DNA from: Pseudovirgaria hyperparasitica | Taxonomy: Eukaryota | DNA: 20,000 nucleotides | Assembly: GCA_010093815.1 (NCBI GenBank) | Contig: ML996581.1 | Reading direction: 5' to 3' (one strand) | In this document: piece by piece, positions 11,041 through 20,000 of the stretch | Layout: every line of letters starts with the position of its first letter | Position numbering within the stretch: position 1 is the first letter of the stretch | The notes under the pieces: model-generated | The model's database searches: none | What the model saw: only the letters and a program-made list of their open reading frames with translations | What the model was told of the DNA's origin: nothing | Program-made: the position numbers and the translations under genes

Positions 11041-11728
11041 AATACGTAATATAGGGTTTAATATAGTAGATCGCTTCTAGCCTAGCACGCCTAGCCGAGT
11101 CGCCGCCTTACTAACTTCTTATCTAGACCGTTATAGAGAAGGAGGATCCTTATTTAAGTAGTGGTCGCCCGCGTTACCCTTAGCTAAGCGGCCCTAAGGA
11201 GTCGCCTACCTATAGCCCGCGCTATTACTATACTACCCCCCGCTAGCTCCCTATTACTACCCCTCTATAGAAGGTCTCGCCGTCGCCGCGCTATCCCTAT
11301 ATCTCGCCCCGCTACCGTAACCCGTTCTAGCGCCACTCTCGCTCGCTAGAGCGCCGTAGCCGGTCCCCCGACCGCTATAACCAGTCCCCTTACTACTATA
11401 ACTAGTCCCTCTACTACTATAATCGTTTCTATAAGTATTACTACTAATTCTATAACCGCTAGTATCGTACTATTAAGGGTTATCGCCCGTTACGTTATTA
11501 CTAGTTACCGTCTTATAGCTACTATAGCCGCCCTAACGAGGTATATAACTCCCCCTTACTACTAAGCTAGATTAATAGTTACTACTACCGCTAGGAGCCG
11601 GCCTAGGGGAGGACTAGATAACTAACCTTATAGTTAGGATTTATAGTTAAGGACCGTACCGGCCCTAGCGCCGTATAGATCTAGGGTAGAGCTAGAAGAA
11701 TAATCTTTTTATATCTTAAGGAGGATAT
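11041..11728 (-). pseudogene. Putative accessory gene inside the Gypsy element: Gly/Tyr/Gln-rich low-complexity protein; 3' extent uncertain (may continue toward ~9600)
   Basis: TATAAAA at 11780-11774, an A/C-rich leader, AT(G>A) at 11728, a candidate 46-nt intron at 11659-11614 (GTACGG...CTAAC...TAG), then a frame reading GGYGIGGNTYGNDYGGGGTGYGGRGTGYGGRGTGYGAPASESGAGTGYGGGAGYGDS after RIP reversal. Confidence 0.55.
11356..11421 (-). repeat. 3 x 21-nt repeat encoding a YGGRGTG-like unit
   Basis: Plus strand gtagccggtcccccgaccgct / ataaccagtccccttactact / ataactagtccctctactact. Confidence 0.8.
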
Positions 11729-11835
11729 CGGTTTATTATTAGGTTACTTAGGTACTAGTATTTAGTGTTTAGTTTTTATAGAATCTCTACTCTTATATTA
11801 GGTTATTAGGGCCGCTATAGACCCGTAATAGTAGA

Positions 11836-14800
11836 TTAATATCTTTATTTAGGGATACGCTAAAGTCGTAGGCCGTTATATAATCGCGCGCTACTATACT
11901 AGGCCTTAAACCTATCTAGTACCTCGGTATCCTCTACGTCCTTAAGTAGTACCTATATTAGCTATAGCTAGCCCTTCTATTTTATAAGTACTTACCTCTT
12001 ATTTCGCCTATATACGTTTTTCGCCTAAAGGATGTCCTCGACCTTATATTTAGTAATATCCTTATTAGCTTTATTAAGTTTAAGTACCGGGCCTAGGCGG
12101 GTATCTAGCCGCTTCTAGCTAGGTAGAGGGTCCTCTACGGCGCGCTTAACTAGGCTAATATAGACTATCTTATAAAGGTCCCTAGAGAGGTTAAGGGTTA
12201 CTATTAGGGGGGTAGATTAGATAAGAACCCTATACTTAGTCTATAGCTAGTCGAGTTTTTAGCTTAGATAATTAGTCTTTACGTTTCGGAGTAAGAACTA
12301 TACTATATTACTAATCTTAAAGCGTTTAGCTAGGCGGCGTAACTAGTTAGCTAAGTCCTAGGAACGTTACTTAGCCTAGGTAATAGCTATCTATACTAGG
12401 GTAGTACTATTATAGAGGTACTTAAGGAAGTTTATAGCCTAGTCTTTCGCCGAGGTCATAGAGGTATTAGAAAGTAGCTATCGCGGTAATAGTTTAATAT
12501 AGTATCTATTTAGAAGTAGGTTTAGTACTATACTAGTTACTAATAAGATACGGTTATTTAGGGTAAGCTAGTATACTAGGAGGTACTCTAGCTAATTAGT
12601 TTACTTAAAGGTTACTATAATATAAAGTACCGCCTAGACCTTCTAGTTTACTCGCTCTATACTACCGTTAGTCTATAGATAATAGACTATAGAGAGGTTC
12701 TAGTACACGTCCGTTATAGAGTAAAGGGTTATCTAGAACTACTCTAGCTAGTCCGAGCCCCGGTTAGTAATAATAGACTATAGAAACCCCTAGAAACGCT
12801 ACTATATATCGCGGAATCGCGCTATATAGTCCTTAGCCGCTATAGAGATTATCGCCTCTAGCTAGATAAATTTTAAGAGCTAATCTATAATAATAAGTAG
12901 GTACTAGGGCTATAATAGGTCCGATTAGAGGAGGTTAGTTATAAAGTCTATAAAAATCTAGGACTAGAAATAGTCTAGTATCGGAAGCGGCTAGAGGAGC
13001 CTAGGGGCCCTATACTAATTTATATAAGCTCTATAGTAGTTATAGTTCTATATGAATTACCGGATATCGGCGTATATACGCTTCTAGTAGTATTCCCGCT
13101 AGATAGCTACGTACATCTTATTCTTACTAGGGTAGCCTATAAGGGGGGAAGCGTGGGACCTCTAGATAATAGTTATTATAAGTGGTTCCTATTCGGGCAC
13201 CTAGATAACTCTCTACTACGTAAGTATCCCGTATACTAATATAGCGTAGTCTATAATCTATTTAGTTATAAGCGCCTCCGGTAGAAAGAGGCGTACCCCG
13301 CCTATTATAGCCGTATAGTAGACCTAATATACTAGGATAGACTAAGCAGCTTAGTCCTAAAGCTCCTAGAGATAGGGATTAGTAAAGATACTTTATCCCT
13401 AGGAGAGGCGATTCTCCCTAGAGTAGATACTTATAGATACTATTCGGATAGCTCGTAGAGCTATAAGCTACCCCTATAGAAGGGACTTCTTAGACGAGTT
13501 CTAGTTACGGCGGCTAAGGGCGTCTAGGCGAGCCGCCTAGGATCCTAGCTAGTATACTAGGTTATAGTTAAAGAGTATAAGCTAGTTAGACTATCGCTAC
13601 TACCATAGGATAAGAAGGTAAGACTTAGTAAAGTACTTAAGGTTCTTATAGTCTATATAGATTATAAAAGGGTAGTAAATACTCCGAAGCTTAGGTTTCT
13701 ATATCTAGAGATACTAAACTATAGTAAGGAGCTCCTTATTATAGATTATATAGTTCTACTAGACGGCCGTAAGGGCCGCGGAGTAGTAGACTATTAGGTG
13801 CTAAATACCCTAAACCCTCTAGGATAGGTACCTACCTATTACGTGGCTAGAGTAATCCGCCTTAACTATTATATTACGCGTCTTATTCTAGAATTAGAGA
13901 GTAGATTCTATAATAAAAGTATTCTTAAGCTTAGTAAATACGCGGTTCTTAGTTAGGCCCTAGTAGAAGGCTACTCTAGCCCTAGTAAGGGTATAGAGTA
14001 GAGCCGCTATAGTAGAGAAGTCGGGAAGAAAGTTATAGTAGAAGTTTATAAATCTAATAAATTACTAGACGCCCTAGACCGTGGTTAGGGGCTTCTAGTC
14101 CCGGATTATAGTAATTTTCTCTAGGTTAGGGCGGATTAATTTACTAGCGGTAATAATATACCCTAGATACTAGACTTCCTTAGTAGCGAAGCGGCACTTA
14201 GTAAGGTTATAGTAAAGGTCCGCTTTAGTAAGGAGAGATAGAATAGTCTTTATAGTGGCCTAGTAGTCCTCTAGTATACCTAGGGTATAGATAAGGATAT
14301 CGTTAAGATACGCCGTATAGGTTACCCCTAGGACCCCGCTTAGTACCCTATTAATATAGCGCTAGAAGAAGGCCGGGGTACTAGAGAGACTAAACGGAAG
14401 TATAGTCTATTTAAAGAGGCTGAACCGGGTATAAAAAGCTATCTTATATTTATCCCTAGCGGCTACCCGTAGCTTATAGAATACCGCCCGAATATTAACC
14501 TTACTAAACTATAACGCGTTACTAATAGTATATAGGGTTTCGTATATTAGAGGAAGCGGGTATTAATTCTACTCTATAATACCGTTAAGGGCTCTATAGT
14601 TAATATATAGCCGCTATTTCCCTCCCGGCTTAGAGATAAGTAATACTAGCGCCCTAGCCGTAGAGAAGCTAGCCCGTATCTAACCCTTATCTATAAGATC
14701 CGTAAGCTAGCGGCGTAGCTCTACTAGCTACTTCTAAGATATAGTATAGAGAGGTCTCTAAGGGAGGTTTACTAGGGTCCCTACCGGGGTAGACTTAATA

Positions 14801-15600
14801 CGGATATAGTAGTCCGCGCTCCTCTAGTAGGGGGATAGCGCTAACGCCTTCACCTTATTAAAGAGATTACGGTAGATATATAGCTTTAATAGGAGCGGGC
14901 GCCTATTCTCCGTAAGCTTAGACGTGTTCTAGTTAGATATCGGAGGTAGTAGGGGGAGTATAAGCTATAGAAGGCGGGTAACATCGCGGATACTAGTAGC
15001 GACTACCCGTCTACGGTAATAAGCTATCTCTAGAGCCTCTATAATACGACCCTTCTTAGTAAGTATCTAAATACGCGTTAGGCGTATATAGGTATTTATA
15101 TCCGGGGCTATAAGGCCGTGGGCGCGGTAGAGCGTAATCCTATCTACCCGTATATTAATAACGGCGCCGGCCTAGTAGAGCTATAGGCTCCTAAGAATAA
15201 GATTCTAGTCTAGTCTAGACACTACGTAGGTAGAGAGGCGCTATCTCTATCTAGTAATATCGTACTATATAGTAACGACTTCCGTAATCTCCGGTCCTAA
15301 TACTCTATTAGTAGTAAGAGCTACTTAATAACGTAGAACTAAGATATACGACTTAGCTACGTCCTCTATAAGGGATAGGCTAACTACCACGAAATACTTA
15401 TACCCTATATCTACTAAAGCGTCTATATACTTTCTATTCTAGAGGAATAGTAATATAACGGGTAGCGGCCCATCTATAATCTAAGTAGATATACTATCCT
15501 CCGGGTCGGAGCCGTAATCTTAGTTACCCGTGGCTTTATTCCCTACTAAATATTATAATATCCCCTAACCTAGACTCTAGTAAGGAACTATACTTCCCCC
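11836..15600 (-). pseudogene. pol: Gypsy pol polyprotein (protease, RT, RNase H, integrase, chromodomain), RIP-mutated
   Basis: After RIP reversal: ALVDTGC (15420-15400), NLILGSPWL, WRLCIDYRALN (~14610), PFGL, YL(D)D at 14310-14299, RNase H ADCSG / IYDKELLAIV / DHKNL / PDALSR (13870-13510), integrase H-H-C-C (13160-13035), IDFITDLP, TDRG, AYHPQTDGSTERVN, and chromodomain YEVEDIL...VLIKWKGW..PTWVPLEDV (12050-11900). PR, YLDD and chromodomain share one frame. Ends are approximate. Confidence 0.95.
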
Positions 15601-16829
15601 ACCTCGGAGTCGGAATTAGTATTATTCTAGGCCGGGGCTATAACCTTAAGCGCCCGTATATTAACGGTATTTAGATAGCCCTATTATTAGTAGCTAGCCT
15701 AGCCGCACTAGGTATATACGCCCGCTATACGGTACTTCTAGAATAAATCCTTCGGAATCTATAAAGGAGGCTCTTTCTTCTTAACTCTATTCTTACTCTT
15801 TACTACTAGTAAGGTAGCTTACTTCTTACCCTTTATCTTAATAGCCTTAATAGTAACCGCTAATATCGTCGTATTACTATCTATATCCTTACCCGGCTTA
15901 TTTTAGGGCGCTATATTTTACCTAGTATAGAGCCGGAATAACTCTATATCTATACTAATATCTCTAAGGCGGCCTATAGCGGTCTCGTATTAGTCCGGGA
16001 GGCCCTAGTTTAGGGCTACTATCTAGGTCTCCTAGTTAAGGCCGTCCTAGAGCTATATAAGCTTCTAGTTATCGGCCTAGTATATCCCCCTAGCCTTCTA
16101 GAGGGCGGTATAGAACTAGACGAAGTAATCTATAAATGGCTCCTTAGCCTTTTATACGATTATATTTAACTATTAAAGGGCCCGCTCTTTAGTATATATA
16201 TCTCTAAACTAGAACTTAAGGTAGTCTAGAAACGTGTATAGGTCCTAGTTACTATTTAGCCCTCTAGTAGAATATACCGCGCTAACCCCCTTCTATATCT
16301 TAGGCGCTAGATTAGCCTAGATAAGAGCTATCTAGTCTCTATAGGTACCGATAAACTCGGTATCCCGGGTAATCTTATACTATATTATAACGGACTATAT
16401 ACGGAAGAGAGCCTTAGACCTATTATATAGATTACTAAGAGGGAGAGGCTTCCGTTTTATAGGCCGGTTAAGTATAATATATAGGGCTAATAGTAGTAAA
16501 GTAGGGGCGTGTATAGATAGGGCCGGGTTAGGCCCGTATAGGCGCTAAGGTATAGCTAAGGAGAGGTCGGGCTAGGGTAGAGATAAATCCCTATAGGTTA
16601 ACGTAGTAGAAGTACGGCTATATACTTCGACCGTAACTAGGCGGGCGTTAATATACTATAGCGCCGTATAGACGCTCTACTTAATATTAGATATATAAGA
16701 CTCGCTTACCGCTTAGGCGGCTATAATAGACTTATATACGGCCTATATTTTATCTCGGAAGCTAAGGAAGGAGTTAGAGAATTACTATATTAGATTAGAG
16801 TCTTATAGGTTAAGACTATCTTATACTAT
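15588..16829 (-). pseudogene. gag: Gypsy gag, RIP-mutated
   Basis: Zn knuckle CTQCGQAGHxxxGC (CX2CX4HX4C) at 15716-15675 and C-terminus SDSEAGEA*. pol lies in the -1 frame relative to gag. The start is inferred. Confidence 0.85.
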
Positions 16830-16856
16830 AAGGCTACGTATAGAAAGAGGTTAATA

Positions 16857-16867
16857 AAGTTAAATTA
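16857..16867 (-). other. Primer-binding site, self-priming type
   Basis: Minus-strand TAATTTAACTT 1 nt after the 5' LTR is perfectly complementary to LTR positions 16929-16919 (AAGTTAAATTA). Confidence 0.7.
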
Positions 16868-16868
16868 A

Positions 16869-17070
16869 TATAATAGATATAACTAAGGTATTACTATAAT
16901 AGTAATTAGGATATATTATAATTTAACTTAGAGAGAGTAGGGGTAGCTTATATAGATTATAGCTTAAGTATAGTCTTAAGTAAGGTCACGTAATACCCCT
17001 ATACTAGTCTCTATCCGTCCCGGCTCCGTTATATAATGCTAGAGACAAGGTAAAGCCGAAGTCTATAACA
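16869..17070 (-). repeat. 5' LTR (202 bp)
   Basis: Direct repeat of 9274-9475; ends ...taACA at 17070 followed by the TSD. Confidence 0.95.
16948..16954 (-). promoter_or_regulatory. Candidate LTR TATA box
   Basis: Minus-strand TATATAA about 20-25 nt upstream of the transcript start predicted by the self-primer (16929); TA-rich motifs are common after RIP. Confidence 0.45.
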
Positions 17071-17075
17071 ATAAG
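17071..17075. repeat. 5-bp target-site duplication ATAAG (right copy)
   Basis: Matches 9269-9273. Confidence 0.9.
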
Positions 17076-18185
17076 TAGCTTATCTTTAATTATCTAGGGC
17101 TTAGAATAAGTCTTCTCTAAAATCTACTAATAATATAGTAGTAATATTACTACTCTACTAAGTATAAATTAATTAAATATAATTATAACTTTATTATTTA
17201 AGATACTAGAAGCTCTATATAGTAGATATCCTTTCTAAAACTATTCTTCTTTTAAGAAGATAGCTAGCTAGTAGATACTAACCTTACTCTTCTTTATAAT
17301 CTATTATTCTATTATTATAATAATTAGTAACTTTATTTAGTTAGATAGTTAGATATTTATAGATAGCTAAGTTATATAGTTCTCTATAATATTAATAGAA
17401 TAATCTATATAAAATAGCTATAAATTATATTTTAAAAGGTACTATTATTTAGTTATAGAGAAATTACCTATTACTAGTCTATTACTAGAGACCTATATAG
17501 ATAGAACTAATAATAAAGGGTATTCTATTACTATATATTCTAGAAGAATTAGTAGAAAAGCTTTTAATAAGCTAGAAAACTTCTTAGAATCTACCTAGTC
17601 TACTATTACGTTATATAGATCTATATAGAATAGTTAGTTAGCTAGTTTAATATTTACTTATATCTAAATCTTTTCTATAGACTAATAGTAGTACTTTTTA
17701 TCTATCTTTAGATATAGATATAGAAGAATACTAGTTAGTTTAGATTAAGTATAACTATTATAAGTTTACTAAATTAATATACTAGATCTTATAAGAATAA
17801 AGCTAGTTATATATAGTAATTAGCTAATATTATAGAATATTTATAGATTAGTAACTATAAATAGTAGGCCGTATAGTTAGCTTAACTATAGTACTTATTT
17901 TTAGTTAATAGATCTAGATCTAGTACTAATCTTTAAGTAAATAATATAAGGAAGTACTTAATAGTTATATATCTATAAAATACTTAGTAAATATATATAT
18001 TATAATATAGCTTATTATAATAGATATTAACGGCTCTCTATCTATAATAGCTAGGGGTAGATAGATATTATAACTTTAAGTAGTTATTAACCTAGTTAGA
18101 CTTCTACTAGACTATTTCTATAAGCTTATCTAAGGTTATATTCTTTAACTAAGTCTAATAGAAGTATACTTTACTATATCTACTA
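17076..18185. other. Extremely RIP-degraded unclassified sequence (right part of the Gypsy target)
   Basis: Very AT-rich with essentially no CpA or TpG and no recognisable motif. Confidence 0.6.
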
Positions 18186-18391
18186 ACCGAATTCTAGGCC
18201 ATTGCTATATACTATTATCTAGTATTTAATAGTTAGTTTATAATTACGTCTAATTTAAATATAGCGTTGATTATAGATAGTTATTACTATCTACTTATTT
18301 ATAATAGTAAGTAGGTGTATGTCTTCTCTATAGTTAAAGCGGTCGAGTTCCTTTGGAAATGGTTCTAACTACTCGATAGATATTACTAGGT

Positions 18392-18754
18392 GTACTACTA
18401 TAATATAAGATAAATATAATAAATATATAGAACTTCTACTAGATATAGAGAGTAATATATTTTACTAAATAATAAGTATAGAAATATATAGAATATATAG
18501 AATATATCTTTACTATATTATATATATAAGTTAATATCTATTATTATATACTACTATATATAGACTAGACTTAACTATAGTATAAGTATCTAATAATAAT
18601 AGACTTAAATTAAGTTCTATAAGAGATCGAGAATAATCTAGATATCTCTCTAGACTAGTAGAACCCTTAGAAGCTTATATAGACTATATAGTTATAGATC
18701 TAGAATAAATAGAGGAAAACTCTCTAAGTCTATTAGATATTCTAATAGAATAGA
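18392..18754 (+). mobile_element. Third fragment of the same LINE family (post-RT part of ORF2), more heavily mutated
   Basis: Aligns to 7517-7879 with the same offset (10875) at both ends, e.g. acttctactagatatagag and tttactaaataataagtatag. Confidence 0.9.
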
Positions 18755-19175
18755 TGTAAGAATAGGGTTATTAGATAGTAGTGTAGTTAGATAGAATAAT
18801 AGGGTGTATTCTATCATAGAACGAATTACTACCGAACCCTTTTAGTAGGAATCTAAGAGTATATATATAAAGGGACGCCGATCTATCTAGCACGTGACTA
18901 TTTACCGCCCTTCCCGCCACCTTCTAACCCTATTAGCTAAGGTACGTGCGGATTAGGTTATACCTAAGACTAAGTCCTAATAATTATCCCTTCCCTCTAG
19001 GAAGCTACCCTTAGCGACCTAGATTATTATCTATCTCTATATCCCTATCCTAAGTCTCGTAAGACCTTAGTCGTTCTCTATACTTCGTCTTAGATATTCG
19101 CTAATATTCGCCGATCTAAGATTTATATAAGCGTTTTTCTAATAAACTAGAGTTCGTCCATTCTAAATTCTTATA
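18755..19175. mobile_element. Putative LTR (~421 bp) of a second, different LTR element inserted into the LINE fragment
   Basis: LINE homology stops abruptly at TGTAAGAAT; the matching terminal inverted repeat ATTCTTA(T<C)A is at 19167-19175; TATA-like (19123-19130) and AATAAA (19141) motifs. No partner LTR or TSD in the window. Confidence 0.5.
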
Positions 19176-19438
19176 TAGGTAAGATTATCTAATTAGGCCT
19201 AGCGTATCACGTAATATAATTAGATAAGTCTAGGTGCTACCTATATTAAAATCTTTTCTTAGAAATATTCCTTTCTTTAAAAAACTTCCCAACTCTTTAT
19301 AGAGTTTTTTAGATTATTAGGTATATTACCTAATCCTTATAGATATAGATTTATATAGATTTACTATAATTTAGTATGATTTATATAATTTACTAATTTT
19401 CATGCCGTATTTAGCTAGTAATAGTAATAATTCGTAAT

Positions 19439-20000
19439 ATGGTTTTCTAAAATCTTAACACTCTAAAGTAATTAGTATAGAAATAGGCGTCTTTAAATAA
19501 TCCCTATCTCGTATACGTTACTAATATATTAAAAGCTATTAATCTACCCCGACCTAGGCCGGGCTCTAATAATCTAGCTATATATTATTATAGTTATCGC
19601 TTTCCGTCGTATATTACTTACGGTAGTACTAAATCTATAATATATAGTACTTATATAACTAAGAAGCGTTATTACTTATAGGTAATTAAATAAGTTTAAA
19701 GAACTTTATATAGATTTACTTATATTAGTATAGATTACTACTAGGCCTCTAGTAACCCCTACTAATAAGGAGCGTAGTACTACTAATCGTAACGCCTTAG
19801 AGAAGGCTTTCTACGAGCTATATACCTAAGGTAAGGGTTACGCCTAGGAGTATAATTCTAATAAGATCCGTAAGGATTTATTAGAATCTACTATAGCTAT
19901 TATTACCGTGATTACTAGATAATATTATTTTTTTTAAATTATTATAGATTCTTACTAATATATATTAATCTCTATAATAGTGCTAAAATCTCTACTACTT
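19439..20000 (+). pseudogene. Putative RIP-damaged gene with a Zn2Cys6-like Cys cluster and one intron; 3' end not resolved
   Basis: Intact ATG at 19439; TAT/TAC codons at 19586, 19595, 19619, 19643, 19652 and 19673 give C-x2-C-x7-C-x7-C-x2-C-x6-C if derived from TGT/TGC; GTAATT...TAG 52-nt intron at 19682-19733; exon 2 reads ...RNALEKAFYEL...IRKDLLES. Confidence 0.5.

Larger units (their letters stand above)
9274..17070 (-). mobile_element. Full-length Ty3/Gypsy chromovirus LTR retrotransposon (7.8 kb), RIP-inactivated
   Basis: Paired 202-bp LTRs, 5-bp TSD, and minus-strand gag, PR, RT, RH, IN and chromodomain in Gypsy order. Confidence 0.97.

Noticed and set aside
15588..15605. Canonical slippery heptamer at the gag/pol junction
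   Set aside because: The frames imply a -1 shift, but the visible GGGGGAAG does not fit X XXY YYZ in the gag frame, so the site was not assigned.
17076..18185. Many short TA-rich palindromes and TATA-like motifs
   Set aside because: Expected by chance in TpA-saturated RIP'd DNA.
1..20000. Alternative genetic code (TAA/TAG = Gln) or stop readthrough
   Set aside because: Stops replace both Gln and Trp, co-occur with Cys>Tyr, His>Tyr, Pro>Leu and Asp>Asn changes in catalytic motifs, and differ between copies. CpA/TpG loss also covers non-coding DNA. RIP explains all of this.

Overview
A gene-free, AT-rich block of nested transposable-element relics, most likely from a filamentous ascomycete. 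CpA and TpG are nearly absent, TpA is very abundant and CpG is retained. Conserved motifs read correctly once TAG/TAA are read as CAG/CAA/TGG, TAT/TAC as TGT/TGC/CAT and CTA as CCA, which is the signature of repeat-induced point mutation (RIP). Contents in order: (1) a Tad1-like LINE (ORF1 with three Zn knuckles; ORF2 with APE-RT-CCHC; (ATT)n tail), 1-5026. (2) A second, diverged LINE of the same family starting exactly at its ORF2 start codon, 5027-8541. (3) Old degraded DNA interrupted by a complete minus-strand Ty3/Gypsy chromovirus, 9274-17070, with 202-bp LTRs, an ATAAG target-site duplication and gag, PR-RT-RH-IN-chromodomain. It has a Tf1-type self-priming PBS and an extra ~2.3 kb after pol that appears to hold its own intron-containing Gly-rich gene. 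(4) A third LINE fragment cut off by a putative second LTR, followed by a RIP-damaged, intron-containing Zn2Cys6-like gene. No intact protein-coding genes are present. All 'de-RIPed' translations are my manual reconstructions.
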